64,000 nucleotides of DNA from Minisyncoccota bacterium (GCA_035403785.1 DAONFW010000002.1:12676-76675); one strand, 5' to 3'. Counted from the first letter of the stretch, positions 27,675 to 39,346 are shown. Made by a program: numbers and translations. The notes: a model not told the origin generated them from the sequence alone.

Positions 27675-29357
27675 ATGGAGAAAATTTTAAAAATCTTTAA
27701 CAAAGAATTTATAAACGTAAATCAGGCGGCTTTGTTGCTGGGAATTTTTACTTTGCTTTCGCAGATTCTTGCATTGTTCCGTGATAGATTCATTGCACAT
27801 TTTGTTGGACCATCAGCGGGACTAGACGCTTATTATGCTGCTTTTAGAATTCCTGATTTGATTTTCATTTCAATTGCATCTCTTGCTTCTGTAACTGTTT
27901 TGATTCCATTTATTTCTGCAAAAATGAAAGACGGCAAAGTTACAGAAGAGTCAAAAAAATTCATGAACAGCGTTTTTACTGTATTTTTAGGTGCGATGAT
28001 TATCGTTTCTGTTGTTATCTTTTTTCTTATGCCAGTTTTGGCAAAATTAGTAGCGCCAGGATTTAGTCCAGAAATGCAAGCTAAATTGGTAATGCTTTCT
28101 AGAATCATGCTTTTTTCACCGATTCTCATGGGGCTTTCTAATCTATTTGGTACTGTTACGCAACTTTTCAGGAGATTTTTCTTTTATTCTTTGAGTCCGA
28201 TATTTTACAATCTTGGCATAATTTTTGGTGTGATAATTCTTTATCCGATTTTTGGAATCAAAGGCATGGCGATAGGTGTTGCTTTTGGTGCTTTTCTACA
28301 TTTTTTGATTCAAGCTTTTGCATCTTCCGGTTGCGGTTTTAGACCAAGATTTTCTTTCAAGATAGATTTCAAAGAAATCAGAAAAGTTGTTGCAACTTCT
28401 TTACCTAGGACTTTAGGTCTTGCTTTCAACAGTATTTCTTTGGTTTGCATAATTGCGTTGGCATCTTTTCAAAAAAGCGGTTCTATTTCTATTTTTAATT
28501 TTTCTTATAACTTGCAATCTGTGCCACTTAATATTATTGGCGTTTCTTATGCAGTTGCTTCTTTTCCGATTTTAGTAAAATCTTTTAGTCCAGGGAAATT
28601 AGAGCAGTTTAAATTGCATTTGAAAAACACAGCAAGACAGATTATTTTTTGGTCTTTGCCAGTTACTTTTTTGTTTATAGTTTTGAGAGCACAAATAGTG
28701 CGTGTAATTTTGGGATCTAGAACTTTTTCTTGGGATAATACAAGACTCGTTGCGGCTTCACTTGCGATATTTTCTATATCAGTTTTAGCTCAGGGCATGG
28801 TAGCGCTTTTGTCTCGAGCTTATTATGCGACAGGGAACACGAAGAGGCCGCTAACAATAAACTTAATTAGTTCTATTTCTATAATTATTTTAGCTTATGT
28901 TTTCACGCATGTATTTAATTCTGTGCCGATGTTCAGATATATAATAGAATCGATGTTTAAAGTTACAGACATCCCCGGCACTTCAGTGCTTATGTTACCG
29001 CTTGCATATTCAGTCGGATCTATTATTAATTTTATCTTACAGTGGGTTTTTATAAAAAGAGATTTTATGGAAAAGAAAGAACAGTTTATTGCAAAAACTT
29101 TTTTCCAGAGCTTGGGTGCATCTTTCTTTATTGGTATAGTTTCTTACTTGAGCTTAAATGCTTTTTCATCGGTTTTTGGTTTAGGAACTTTCTGGGGAGT
29201 TTTCTTACAGGGATTTATTTCTGGAATTTTCGGAATATCAGCTGGCGCGGTGGTTTTGTATATGTTAAAAAATAAAGAATTCAGTGATTTGATCAAAACT
29301 CTAAAATCAAAATTCTGGAAGCAGAAAGTTATCGCGCCAGAACAGCAGGAACTTTAG
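27675..29357 (+). CDS. murJ: Lipid II flippase MurJ (MviN)
   Basis: 560 aa, 14-TM MOP-superfamily profile. N-terminus LLLGIFTLLSQILALFRDRFIAHFVGPSAGLDAYYAAFRIPDL is typical of MurJ. Confidence 0.8.
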   Translation: MEKILKIFNKEFINVNQAALLLGIFTLLSQILALFRDRFIAHFVGPSAGLDAYYAAFRIPDLIFISIASLASVTVLIPFISAKMKDGKVTEESKKFMNSVFTVFLGAMIIVSVVIFFLMPVLAKLVAPGFSPEMQAKLVMLSRIMLFSPILMGLSNLFGTVTQLFRRFFFYSLSPIFYNLGIIFGVIILYPIFGIKGMAIGVAFGAFLHFLIQAFASSGCGFRPRFSFKIDFKEIRKVVATSLPRTLGLAFNSISLVCIIALASFQKSGSISIFNFSYNLQSVPLNIIGVSYAVASFPILVKSFSPGKLEQFKLHLKNTARQIIFWSLPVTFLFIVLRAQIVRVILGSRTFSWDNTRLVAASLAIFSISVLAQGMVALLSRAYYATGNTKRPLTINLISSISIIILAYVFTHVFNSVPMFRYIIESMFKVTDIPGTSVLMLPLAYSVGSIINFILQWVFIKRDFMEKKEQFIAKTFFQSLGASFFIGIVSYLSLNAFSSVFGLGTFWGVFLQGFISGIFGISAGAVVLYMLKNKEFSDLIKTLKSKFWKQKVIAPEQQEL

Positions 29358-29369
29358 TTTTGGATTTTT

Positions 29370-30314
29370 ATGAATTTTTTTAACAAATTTTTAAGATTAA
29401 AAAATAATTTACTAGTAATTTCTAATTTAGATATTAGTGAATCTATTTATATACCAGAACCAACAAAGTCTTTATTATGGGTAACCAATGAAGATATTTC
29501 AAAAATTTCGTCACCCTTCCAAATCAAGATTACTTTTGATCTAAACCAAGGGAAATCTGAAATTAATGATGGACATAATTTTTTTGGAGAACCAAGTTTA
29601 ATTTGGACTAAATTGCCAATAGAGAAAAATAATGAATTAGAAAATAAACCCATGTATTATCCTTCCTATTCTTCATTATCTCCAAAAAATAGATATCAAT
29701 ATTTAAATTGGTTAAGAGATATAACACAACCAACAAATCTAAGTTATGTTTTTCTTTATTATTATGGGTTGGAAAGACAATTACTTATTGGTAATTTTGA
29801 TTTAGCAGTACAAGAAATATTTAAGTTGTTGAAATATCACGACAAGGGTACATTTAGAGCTTATGCACAAAATGCATTAATAGTTTCAGCTTTGTACAAA
29901 AATAGGACGGATATTTTTGAAGAAAACTCTTTTCTTTTTGAGAGTGTTTCAAATGAATCTTTAATTGTTAGAAAAAAGTTTGGTTATAAATTAACCGCTG
30001 TCGAATTAATGAACTTATCATATTCTCTAAAATTGAAAAACAAGAGATATATAAAATTATATCCAGAAGATTTTGTAAACGAATTAGACAAATTATTAAT
30101 ATCTTATGAAAAAAATAACGGTTCTTTACTTGATATTGTTTCTTTGGAAGAAATGAAATTTCAAGATTCTATGGTTTTTGCCAATGGTTCTTTGCCTAAA
30201 AATATAAGAACAATAAAAGTTCCTCAACTTATTTTAAATCCAAAATTTAGAGATATGTGTCTTAGTCTATTAGAGAAAGCACATGAAAATTTGAAAATCA
30301 AACATACAAAATAG
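29370..30314 (+). CDS. Hypothetical protein
   Basis: 314 aa, soluble. Aromatic-rich segment YYPSYSSLSPKNRYQYLNWL. I recognise no family. Confidence 0.35.
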   Translation: MNFFNKFLRLKNNLLVISNLDISESIYIPEPTKSLLWVTNEDISKISSPFQIKITFDLNQGKSEINDGHNFFGEPSLIWTKLPIEKNNELENKPMYYPSYSSLSPKNRYQYLNWLRDITQPTNLSYVFLYYYGLERQLLIGNFDLAVQEIFKLLKYHDKGTFRAYAQNALIVSALYKNRTDIFEENSFLFESVSNESLIVRKKFGYKLTAVELMNLSYSLKLKNKRYIKLYPEDFVNELDKLLISYEKNNGSLLDIVSLEEMKFQDSMVFANGSLPKNIRTIKVPQLILNPKFRDMCLSLLEKAHENLKIKHTK

Positions 30315-30345
30315 CAATTTTCAAAAAATCTGTTATATTTAAAGG

Positions 30346-32160
30346 ATGGATTTAAAAAATATCAGAAATTTCAGTATTATCGCGCATATAGACCACGGTA
30401 AGAGTACTTTGGCTGATAGAATGCTTGAAATTACACACACTATTGAGAAAAGAAAAATGAAGGATCAGGTGCTGGATTCTATGGATCTTGAACGTGAAAG
30501 AGGTATTACTATCAAGATGCAGCCGGTGCGTATGGAATACGGTTTAAACGGCCAAAATTACGTTTTAAACCTGATTGATACGCCAGGGCATATAGATTTC
30601 TCATATGAAGTTTCTCGCGCGTTAAAAGCTGTTGAGGGCTCTATTTTGTTAGTAGATGCAACGCAGGGAGTTCAAGCACAGACTCTCACTACGCTTGAGA
30701 TGGCGAGAGAATCTGGGCTAGTTATAATTCCGGTTTTGTCAAAAATAGATTCGCCACTTGCGCGAGTTGATGAAATAAAAATGGAAGTTGCTGTTTTGCT
30801 TGATATAGATCCGGATAGTATTTTGACTGTCTCTGGAAAAACAGGAGAAGGCGTAGAAAATTTATTGCAAGAAATTATAAAAAGAATTCCTGCGCCAAAA
30901 GAGAGAGAAGTAATAAAAGATAGTGCGAGGGCTCTAGTTTTCGATTTCAAATATGATAATCACAGAGGCGTGATAGTGTATGTGCGAGTTTTTGACGGAG
31001 CGGTGAAGAAAGGCGATCACTTACTTTTTTCAGTCTCTGGAGAAAAATTTATTTGTCTGGAAGTTGGAACTTTTTCGCCGCAGGAAAGTCCAAAAGATTC
31101 TGTCGGCTCTGGAGAAATTGGTTACATAGTAACTGGAATTAAAAAGCCAGGAATCGCATCTGTTGGAGATACTATTACTTTTAGTAAAAAGCCGCTTTCT
31201 GCTTTATCTGGTTACATGAATCCAAAGCCAGTTGTATGGGCTTCTGTTTATCCTGAAGACGCAGATGATTTTGCTAATTTGAAATTAGCTTTAGGTAAAC
31301 TTAGACTTTCTGATTCTGCTTTCTCATATGAAGAAGAATCTTCAGGAACTTTGGGAAAAGGATTCAGATGTGGCTTTTTAGGAATGTTACATCTTGAGAT
31401 TATTACGGAAAGGTTAAGAAGAGAGTTTAATTTACATCTTGTTGTGACAATGCCGTCTATTACTTACAAGGTTTTGCTGAGAAATAACAAAGAGCAAATG
31501 ATTTATTCGCCGCACTTTTTCCCAGATGACAGTCAGGTTTTGAAAATTTATGAACCATGGGTCTCTGTAAAAATTATCGCGCCGCAAATTTATTCTGGAG
31601 TTCTAATGCCGTTCTTATTTGAGCACGAAGCAGAAGTGCACAGTACTGAGAACTTCGGAGATAACAGAACTGCTATTACTTTAGAAATGCCACTAAGAGA
31701 GCTTATGCGAAACTTTTTTGATGATTTGAAAAGTATAACTTCTGGTTACGCTTCTATTTCTTATGAGTTAGGTGAGTATAGAGAAGCAGATGTTGTAAGA
31801 TTAGATATTTTAGTCGCAGATGAGCCGGTTGTCGCTTTTTGTCGAGTTGTGTCAAGAAGAAGAATAGAAGAAGAAGCTCGTGCGCAGGTTGAAAAACTCA
31901 AGTCTATTATTCCAAGACAGCAGTTTGCTTTTAAAATTCAAGGTAAGGCTTTGGGTAGAATTATAGCTTCTGAGACTGTTTCTGCTTTTAGAAAAGATGT
32001 TTTGATGTTTGGTAGCAAGATGGTCGGAGGAGGTGATGTTAGTAGAAAAAAGAAAGTATTAGAAAAGCAGAAGAAAGGAAAAGCCAGAATGAAAGAAAAC
32101 GCCAAGGTAAATATTACACAAGACGTTTTCTTAAAAATGATGCGGTCTAATAAAGATTAA
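30346..32160 (+). CDS. lepA: Elongation factor 4 (LepA)
   Basis: 604 aa. G domain (IIAHIDHGKSTLADR, DTPGH, SKID) and the LepA-specific C-terminal domain. Confidence 0.9.
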   Translation: MDLKNIRNFSIIAHIDHGKSTLADRMLEITHTIEKRKMKDQVLDSMDLERERGITIKMQPVRMEYGLNGQNYVLNLIDTPGHIDFSYEVSRALKAVEGSILLVDATQGVQAQTLTTLEMARESGLVIIPVLSKIDSPLARVDEIKMEVAVLLDIDPDSILTVSGKTGEGVENLLQEIIKRIPAPKEREVIKDSARALVFDFKYDNHRGVIVYVRVFDGAVKKGDHLLFSVSGEKFICLEVGTFSPQESPKDSVGSGEIGYIVTGIKKPGIASVGDTITFSKKPLSALSGYMNPKPVVWASVYPEDADDFANLKLALGKLRLSDSAFSYEEESSGTLGKGFRCGFLGMLHLEIITERLRREFNLHLVVTMPSITYKVLLRNNKEQMIYSPHFFPDDSQVLKIYEPWVSVKIIAPQIYSGVLMPFLFEHEAEVHSTENFGDNRTAITLEMPLRELMRNFFDDLKSITSGYASISYELGEYREADVVRLDILVADEPVVAFCRVVSRRRIEEEARAQVEKLKSIIPRQQFAFKIQGKALGRIIASETVSAFRKDVLMFGSKMVGGGDVSRKKKVLEKQKKGKARMKENAKVNITQDVFLKMMRSNKD

Positions 32161-32303
32161 TTATTTTATTTTACTTTAATCTGAAAATAGGAGAATAAAG
32201 CAATATCATACTCAAGATTATGAGTACACACAAAACTGACCAAATTATCCTTATTTTCTTTTGATGTTTTTTATCGAAAAGCATATAATGATTCTATCAG
32301 AAT

Positions 32304-32684
32304 ATGAGTAATTTTCAAGATAAAAAAAGTCGTAAAAAATTTTTTCAATCTAAGCCAGTTTTGGTGATACTTAGTCTGTTGCTCATACTTTTTCTTTTTG
32401 ATGTTGTAAAACTTGCAAGTAAAGCATCAGAAACTAAGAAAAATAAAGAAATAGCTCAAGCAAAAATTACTGAATTGCAAGAGCAAAAAGTCAAATTAGA
32501 GGCTGATATTCAGAAGTTAAACACAGAAAAGGGGATCGAAGAAAATATTCGTGAAAAATTTGGTTTGGCAAAAGAAGGCGAAGGGATGATCGTGATAGTT
32601 GATGATGAAAGTAAAAGTACTGAAGAAAATTTAGAAAAAAAGAGTGGCTTCCTTGAATTTTTCAAAAAAATGTTTAGTATGTAG
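32304..32684 (+). CDS. Septum-formation initiator (FtsB/DivIC-like) protein
   Basis: 126 aa. Single N-terminal TM, then a coiled coil (ITELQEQKVKLEADIQKLNTEKGIEENIREKFGLAKEGE), the FtsB/DivIC hallmark. Confidence 0.5.
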   Translation: MSNFQDKKSRKKFFQSKPVLVILSLLLILFLFDVVKLASKASETKKNKEIAQAKITELQEQKVKLEADIQKLNTEKGIEENIREKFGLAKEGEGMIVIVDDESKSTEENLEKKSGFLEFFKKMFSM

Positions 32685-32689
32685 TTAAT

Positions 32690-33178
32690 ATGAAAAATTT
32701 AAAGGATTCAATAAAAGTTGGTTTGACGTTCGGTTTGACTTCTGGAGTTATTACGACTTTAGGTCTTATGGTTGGCTTAAATTCAGGAACTCAGTCAAAA
32801 TTGGCAGTTGTTGCTGGTATCTTAACTATTGCAATTGCAGATGCTTTTTCTGATGCGTTGGGAATTCACATTTCACAAGAATCAGCAAACAAACATTCTT
32901 CAAAAGATATCTGGGCTTCTACTTTTTCTACTTTCTTGTTTAAATTTATTTTTGCGATGACTTTTGTTATTCCAGTTTTAATCTTCAGTTTAGGTACAGC
33001 AGTAATTGTTAGTATCTTGTGGGGAATTCTTTTGATAACAGTGGCGAGTTATCTTATCGCAAAAGAAACGAACCAAAAGCCGTTCCATGTAATCTTCGAG
33101 CACTTACTTATTTCTGCTGTAGTTATTGTGATTGCAAATTATTTGGGAGTTTTGATAAACAGTGTATTTCTAAAGTAG
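32690..33178 (+). CDS. Hypothetical 5-TM membrane protein (weakly VIT/CCC1-like)
   Basis: 162 aa. Gly-rich TM helices (GLTFGLTSGVITTLGLMVG) plus the AIADAFSDALG motif. Confidence 0.3.
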   Translation: MKNLKDSIKVGLTFGLTSGVITTLGLMVGLNSGTQSKLAVVAGILTIAIADAFSDALGIHISQESANKHSSKDIWASTFSTFLFKFIFAMTFVIPVLIFSLGTAVIVSILWGILLITVASYLIAKETNQKPFHVIFEHLLISAVVIVIANYLGVLINSVFLK

Positions 33179-33192
33179 TTTCTTGAGTTTTT

Positions 33193-33414
33193 ATGTATAT
33201 AAAAGCAGAAGTTAAAACTAATGCTAAAAAAGAGAAACTCGAAGTAAAAGACGAGAATCGTTTTATTATTTCAGTAAAAGAAAAATCTGAAAGAAATATA
33301 GCTAATGAGAGAGTTATCCAGGTTTTAGCGGATTATTTTAAAATTTCTCCTTCAAAAATAAGGATAATTAACGGGCATCATAAATCTCACAAGCTTTTAA
33401 ATATATTTGAATAA
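33193..33414 (+). CDS. DUF167 (YggU-like) small protein
   Basis: 73 aa. The pattern ...GKANERVIQVLADYFKISPSKIRIINGHHKSHKLL matches the YggU/DUF167 family. Confidence 0.5.
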   Translation: MYIKAEVKTNAKKEKLEVKDENRFIISVKEKSERNIANERVIQVLADYFKISPSKIRIINGHHKSHKLLNIFE

Positions 33415-33430
33415 ATGCTATAATATTTTT

Positions 33431-34441
33431 ATGAAAATAGTATTTTTTGAAGTTCCAAAATCGGAACAAGAAATCTTTTTAAATTATTTTAAAGATCAGG
33501 ATGTTATTCTTTATGAAGATAAATTAGAAATAGAAAATATTAATTTAGCCAAAGACGCTGATATAATTTCGGTTTTTGTTAATTCTGAAGTAAATAAAAA
33601 TATTATAGATTCTTTACCGAATTTAAAATATATAACTACCAGATCAACCGGTTTTGATCACATTGATATTGATTATTGCAAGACAAAGAATATAAAAGTT
33701 TCTAGTGTGCCAGCTTATGGATCGCACACTGTTGCTGAATTTGCTTTTGCTTTATTGCTAAATTTATCAAGAAAAATTTATGACGCTTATCATAATTTAA
33801 GAGAAGGCGCTGATTTTTCTATTTTTGATTTACAGGGATTTGATTTGTTTGGAAAAACTTTTGGCGTGATAGGCACAGGAAAAATTGGAAAAAATTCAGT
33901 AAAGATAGCAAAAGGATTTGGTATGAACGTAATTGCTTATGACTTACATCCGGATTTAGAATTTGCAAAAGAAAATAATTTTGAATACAAAACTTTTGAC
34001 GAAGTAATTAGTAACTCAGATGTTATAACTCTTCATGCGCCTTTTTGCAAAGAAAACTGTCACATAATAAATAAAGAAGCTATTTCAAAAATGAAAAAAG
34101 GTGTTTATTTGATAAATACAGCTCGTGGTGAATTGATAGACACAGAAGCATTGATTTGGGGATTGGATCAGAAAATTATTGCTGGCGCTGGACTAGATGT
34201 GTTAGAAGGCGAAAGAGATCTGAAAGAAGAGTTTGAAATTTTAGCTCACGCTGATAAAGGAAACAAGATTATTGATTATAAAAAATTATTAGAAGATAGA
34301 GTTTTAATAGACATGCCGAATGTGATAGTCACGCCACACATTGCTTTTTATTCAAAAGAAGCTGAATTTGAGATAATAAAAACAACAGAAGAAAATATTA
34401 AGAATTTTATTGATAATAAACCACAGAATTTGGTTAATTAA
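33431..34441 (+). CDS. D-isomer-specific 2-hydroxyacid dehydrogenase (NAD-binding)
   Basis: Rossmann motif GVIGTGKIGKNSVKIAKGFGMNVIAYD and catalytic-domain pattern (ARGELID ... VTPHIAFYS). The ORF opens at 33407; the likely start is MKIVFFEV. Confidence 0.75.
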   Translation: MKIVFFEVPKSEQEIFLNYFKDQDVILYEDKLEIENINLAKDADIISVFVNSEVNKNIIDSLPNLKYITTRSTGFDHIDIDYCKTKNIKVSSVPAYGSHTVAEFAFALLLNLSRKIYDAYHNLREGADFSIFDLQGFDLFGKTFGVIGTGKIGKNSVKIAKGFGMNVIAYDLHPDLEFAKENNFEYKTFDEVISNSDVITLHAPFCKENCHIINKEAISKMKKGVYLINTARGELIDTEALIWGLDQKIIAGAGLDVLEGERDLKEEFEILAHADKGNKIIDYKKLLEDRVLIDMPNVIVTPHIAFYSKEAEFEIIKTTEENIKNFIDNKPQNLVN

Positions 34442-34460
34442 AAATTTTTAAATCAAAATA

Positions 34461-34492
34461 GATAAAAAGCCTTAATTATAAGGCTTTTTATC
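34461..34492. terminator. Terminator hairpin after the dehydrogenase gene
   Basis: GATAAAAAGCCTTA-ATT-ATAAGGCTTTTTATC: a perfect 13-bp inverted repeat flanked by A/T runs. Confidence 0.5.
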
Positions 34493-34649
34493 TATTGACT
34501 TTTTATAAAATATATGATAAACTATGTCTCGTAAATAGTATTTTGAAAAAAATTTGTTTTTAGGTTTCAATATAGCTTTTTGGACGTTAATTTTTTAGCT
34601 TTTAGAAAGCTATATTGAATTTAATGAACTAAACTAAAAAACAAATAAT

Positions 34650-35291
34650 ATGAAAAAAAGATTTAAGATTGCTTTAGTGATATTTTTTTTCGTCACATTT
34701 TTTTCTGAGGTAAGCGCTCAGTATGTAAACAATGTTGATTCTTTAACCAGAAAAAGCTGCATTTTTGTAAATGCAGGACTGCAGGAATCTTTCCTGTTTT
34801 CGGAATCAGCTTTCGGGGCGAATTTCTCGGTTGGCTTTGGGGCCAGCTGGGGTAGGAAAATATCATTTGGTGTCGAAACAGAAATTAGTGACTGGAATAT
34901 GGCCACTAATTTTTATGGCTCTGGTGGTAGGGAGTCGGTTTTAAAGAATTTGTCCAACGTAAAAATTGGACCAAGTTTAATTTTGAATATTAAAAAGATG
35001 TCTTTTTCTACTACTGCTTCTGTTGGTTGGTTAACCGGCAGTGTGGAGCAATACAAAAGCAACGGAACTGAAACAAAAAGAGGAAAATCAGAAATCAGTC
35101 TGGTTACTCTTGGAGTTTCCGAAAGGATATCCTATTCTTTCGTTTCCTGGAAAAATATGTCTGTTTCTGCTTTTGTAAAAGTAGGAATAGACGCGATGAA
35201 AGATTGCTTACTTTTGCGTCCTAAAGGAAAAATTACATATGCTGCAACGGGTATGTTTGGAATAGAAATTTCAATTTTCCCCAAAAAATAA
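34650..35291 (+). CDS. Secreted hypothetical protein (beta-rich)
   Basis: 213 aa. Signal peptide ending VSAQ, then alternating hydrophobic beta-strand-like segments. Confidence 0.4.
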   Translation: MKKRFKIALVIFFFVTFFSEVSAQYVNNVDSLTRKSCIFVNAGLQESFLFSESAFGANFSVGFGASWGRKISFGVETEISDWNMATNFYGSGGRESVLKNLSNVKIGPSLILNIKKMSFSTTASVGWLTGSVEQYKSNGTETKRGKSEISLVTLGVSERISYSFVSWKNMSVSAFVKVGIDAMKDCLLLRPKGKITYAATGMFGIEISIFPKK

Positions 35292-35314
35292 AATAAGTTT
35301 TAAAAAGAAATATA

Positions 35315-35354
35315 AAGCGTCAAAAAGTTAAACTTTTTGACGCTTTTTTTTTTT
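35315..35354 (+). terminator. Rho-independent terminator
   Basis: AAGCGTCAAAAAGTT-TAA-ACTTTTTGACGCTT followed by T11. Confidence 0.6.
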
Positions 35355-35447
35355 ATTTTTAAAAACAAATCAATTATGTTAACATTAATAATAACAATAG
35401 TTTAAAAATTAGAAGGAAATTTATTATATTTTATATAAGTAATTAAC

Positions 35448-36248
35448 ATGAATTCAAAAGCACAAATAGTAGCAACAATAGGTCCAGCGTCGAGAGACAG
35501 AAATGTTTTGAAAAAAATGATAGAACACAACATGGATGTTGCGCGTATTAATTTTTCTTGGGGAACTTATGCTGAACACGCTGAGCTTATAAAAACTATC
35601 AAAGAGGTTGCACAAGAAGTTGGCAGAAGAATTCCAATTATTCAGGATCTTTCTGGTCCAAGAGTGCAAGAAGAACATGGGCATGAATTCAAGGCTGGCG
35701 CGACTCAAGTAGTTACAGAAAAAGATGTTGCCGATTTGAAATTTGGCCTAGAGCAAGGAATAGATTATGTTGCTATGTCTTTTGTTGGCAGTGCTGGTGA
35801 CGTTTTAGAATTAAAAAATAAAATGAAAGAATTTGGCAGAGAAGTGCCAATAATTGCAAAAATAGAAAGAAAGGTAGCTGTAGAAAATTTAAAAGAAATA
35901 ATAAAAGTTTCTGATGCTATTATGGTTGCGCGTGGAGATTTGGGTAATGAATTTCCATTAGAGCAAATTCCGTTTGTTGAAAAAGATATTATAGAAAAAA
36001 GTAAAAAAGCAGGGAAGCCAGTGATTGTTGCTACCCAGATGATGCTTTCTATGACTGAAAATCTAGTGCCGACAAGAGCTGAAATGACTGACGTTGCTTA
36101 TGCTATTTTGACCGGTGCAGATGCTGTTATGCTTTCAGAAGAAAGTGCATTGGGTAAGCATCCCGTTGAAGTTGTAGAAATGATGGAAAGAGAAGTATTT
36201 GAATCAGAAAAGTATTTGCCAGCTGATGCAAAATTTAATCTTTTGTAA
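35448..36248 (+). CDS. Minimal pyruvate-kinase-like protein (A-domain TIM barrel only; no B lid or C-terminal domain)
   Basis: 266 aa with clear PK signatures: IVATIGPAS; IIAKIE with catalytic Lys; MVARGDLG; [13 protein letters not shown]; [12 protein letters not shown]. About 100 aa of B domain between GPR and DLKFG are absent, and the protein stops where the C domain would start. The NFSHG histidine is replaced by W (NFSWG). Confidence 0.6.
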   Translation: MNSKAQIVATIGPASRDRNVLKKMIEHNMDVARINFSWGTYAEHAELIKTIKEVAQEVGRRIPIIQDLSGPRVQEEHGHEFKAGATQVVTEKDVADLKFGLEQGIDYVAMSFVGSAGDVLELKNKMKEFGREVPIIAKIERKVAVENLKEIIKVSDAIMVARGDLGNEFPLEQIPFVEKDIIEKSKKAGKPVIVATQMMLSMTENLVPTRAEMTDVAYAILTGADAVMLSEESALGKHPVEVVEMMEREVFESEKYLPADAKFNLL

Positions 36249-36306
36249 CTTTTTACTTAATTTTGCTTAATTTAACTTAATTTATTTTAATAATTTTATA
36301 ATTAAT

Positions 36307-36377
36307 GCGGGATTAGTTTAGTGGTAGAATGAGTCCTTCCCAAGGATTAGACACGGGTTCGATTCCCGTATCCCGCA
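36307..36377 (+). tRNA. tRNA-Gly(CCC)
   Basis: GCGGGATTAGTTTAGTGGTAGAATGAGTCCTTCCCAAGGATTAGACACGGGTTCGATTCCCGTATCCCGCA. Anticodon loop TTCCCAA. Confidence 0.85.
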
Positions 36378-36554
36378 CAGGATGTTTAAATATTTAGCTC
36401 AAATATTTTTTATTTTCTATTTTTTAATAAAAATAAGCTGATTAAAGATGAAAAAATAGGATGTTTTATTTTTTCTGAAAAAGTGTTAAAATAGCTAAAC
36501 TAGTATTGAAATTATTAGGATTTTTAGAACTTAATTTAATAAGATTTAATAAAC

Positions 36555-37985
36555 ATGAATGAAATAATAAAAAAGACAAAAATAGTTTGTACAATCGGAC
36601 CTGCGACTGAAAGTGAAGAAATGCTGACAAGATTGGTATCGGCTGGAATGAATGTTATGCGTTTGAACTTTTCTCATGGAGATTTCAAAGAACATCAGAA
36701 TAGAGTTAATAATTTGAAAAAAGTTGAAAAGAAATTAGAAAAACCAGTTGCTATTTTGCAAGATTTGGCTGGACCAAAAATCAGAATTGGAAATTTTGAA
36801 AAAGGTTTTACTGTGTTAGAAGAGGGAAAATTTTTTACTTTGACTACGAAAGACATAGTGGGCACGGATGAGAAAGTAAGTATAAATTACAAAAATTTTA
36901 GTAAAGAAGTAAAAAAAGGTGATGCAGTATTGTTGCATGACGGAAAGAAAAAACTTGAAGTAATAGAAGTAAAGGGTGATGAAGTAAAATGTAAAGTAAT
37001 AATTGGCGGTGAGATAAAAGATCGCAGAGGTGTGAACTTGCCAGATACTGACTTATCTATCAGCGCGTTGACTGATAAAGATAAAAAAGATCTAGAATTT
37101 GGAGTAAAAAACAAAGTTGATTTTTTCGCGCTCTCTTTTGTGAGAAAACCAGAAGATATTACTGAATTGCGAAATATTTTAAATAAGAAAAAAAGTGACG
37201 CACATATTATTGCAAAAATAGAAACTCCGCAGGCTGTTGCAAATATTGATGAAATAATAAAATTAGCAGATGGTATCATGGTCGCGCGTGGAGATTTGGC
37301 AATAGAAATTCCAGCAGAAAGTGTGCCATCAGTGCAAAAAAATATAATTAAAAAATGTAATTTGGCTGGCAAACCGGTTATCACAGCAACACAAATGCTT
37401 GAATCTATGATAACTTCTCCAGTGCCTACTCGTGCAGAAGTTTCTGATATTGCAAATGCTATTCTAGATGGGACAGATGCGATTATGCTTTCAGAAGAGA
37501 CTACTTTGGGTAAATTTCCAGTAAAAGCAGTAGAAGTAATGAACCGAGTTGCGAAGAAAGTTGAAGTTGATTATTCACAAGGACAAATACCGATGATCAG
37601 AAAGAAATTTGAAAATACGCATGATGGAATTGCAGAATCTATAATTTACGAAGCTGTGAACGTTGCAACGAATGTGAAAGCAAAAAGAATAATAGTCTTA
37701 ACAAATTCTGGTTATTCTGCAAGAATGATGTCTAGATTAAGACCAAATCAATCTGTCTGGGCTTTGACTCCAAATATTCGCACTTATAGAAAAATGGTAT
37801 TAAGTTCTGGAGTTCAGCCAGTTTTGATTAAAAAATTTAAAACTTTTACAGAAGTTGTCAGTCTAGTTAGAAATTATTTGTTGAAAAATAAAAAAGTAGA
37901 AAAAGGTGACAATATAGTAATTCTTGCTGGTATGCCGTTCAATAAAATGATTGAGACTAATATGGTATTAGTAGAAAAAATATAA
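36555..37985 (+). CDS. pyk: Pyruvate kinase (full length, A+B+C domains)
   Basis: 476 aa. NFSHG, B-domain insert, IIAKIETPQAV, MVARGDLAIEIP, MLSEETTLGKFP, C-terminal alpha/beta domain. Confidence 0.9.
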   Translation: MNEIIKKTKIVCTIGPATESEEMLTRLVSAGMNVMRLNFSHGDFKEHQNRVNNLKKVEKKLEKPVAILQDLAGPKIRIGNFEKGFTVLEEGKFFTLTTKDIVGTDEKVSINYKNFSKEVKKGDAVLLHDGKKKLEVIEVKGDEVKCKVIIGGEIKDRRGVNLPDTDLSISALTDKDKKDLEFGVKNKVDFFALSFVRKPEDITELRNILNKKKSDAHIIAKIETPQAVANIDEIIKLADGIMVARGDLAIEIPAESVPSVQKNIIKKCNLAGKPVITATQMLESMITSPVPTRAEVSDIANAILDGTDAIMLSEETTLGKFPVKAVEVMNRVAKKVEVDYSQGQIPMIRKKFENTHDGIAESIIYEAVNVATNVKAKRIIVLTNSGYSARMMSRLRPNQSVWALTPNIRTYRKMVLSSGVQPVLIKKFKTFTEVVSLVRNYLLKNKKVEKGDNIVILAGMPFNKMIETNMVLVEKI

Positions 37986-39314
<1,329 letters not shown>

Positions 39315-39346
39315 AAAATAATAAAATAAAATGCTATAATTAAAAT

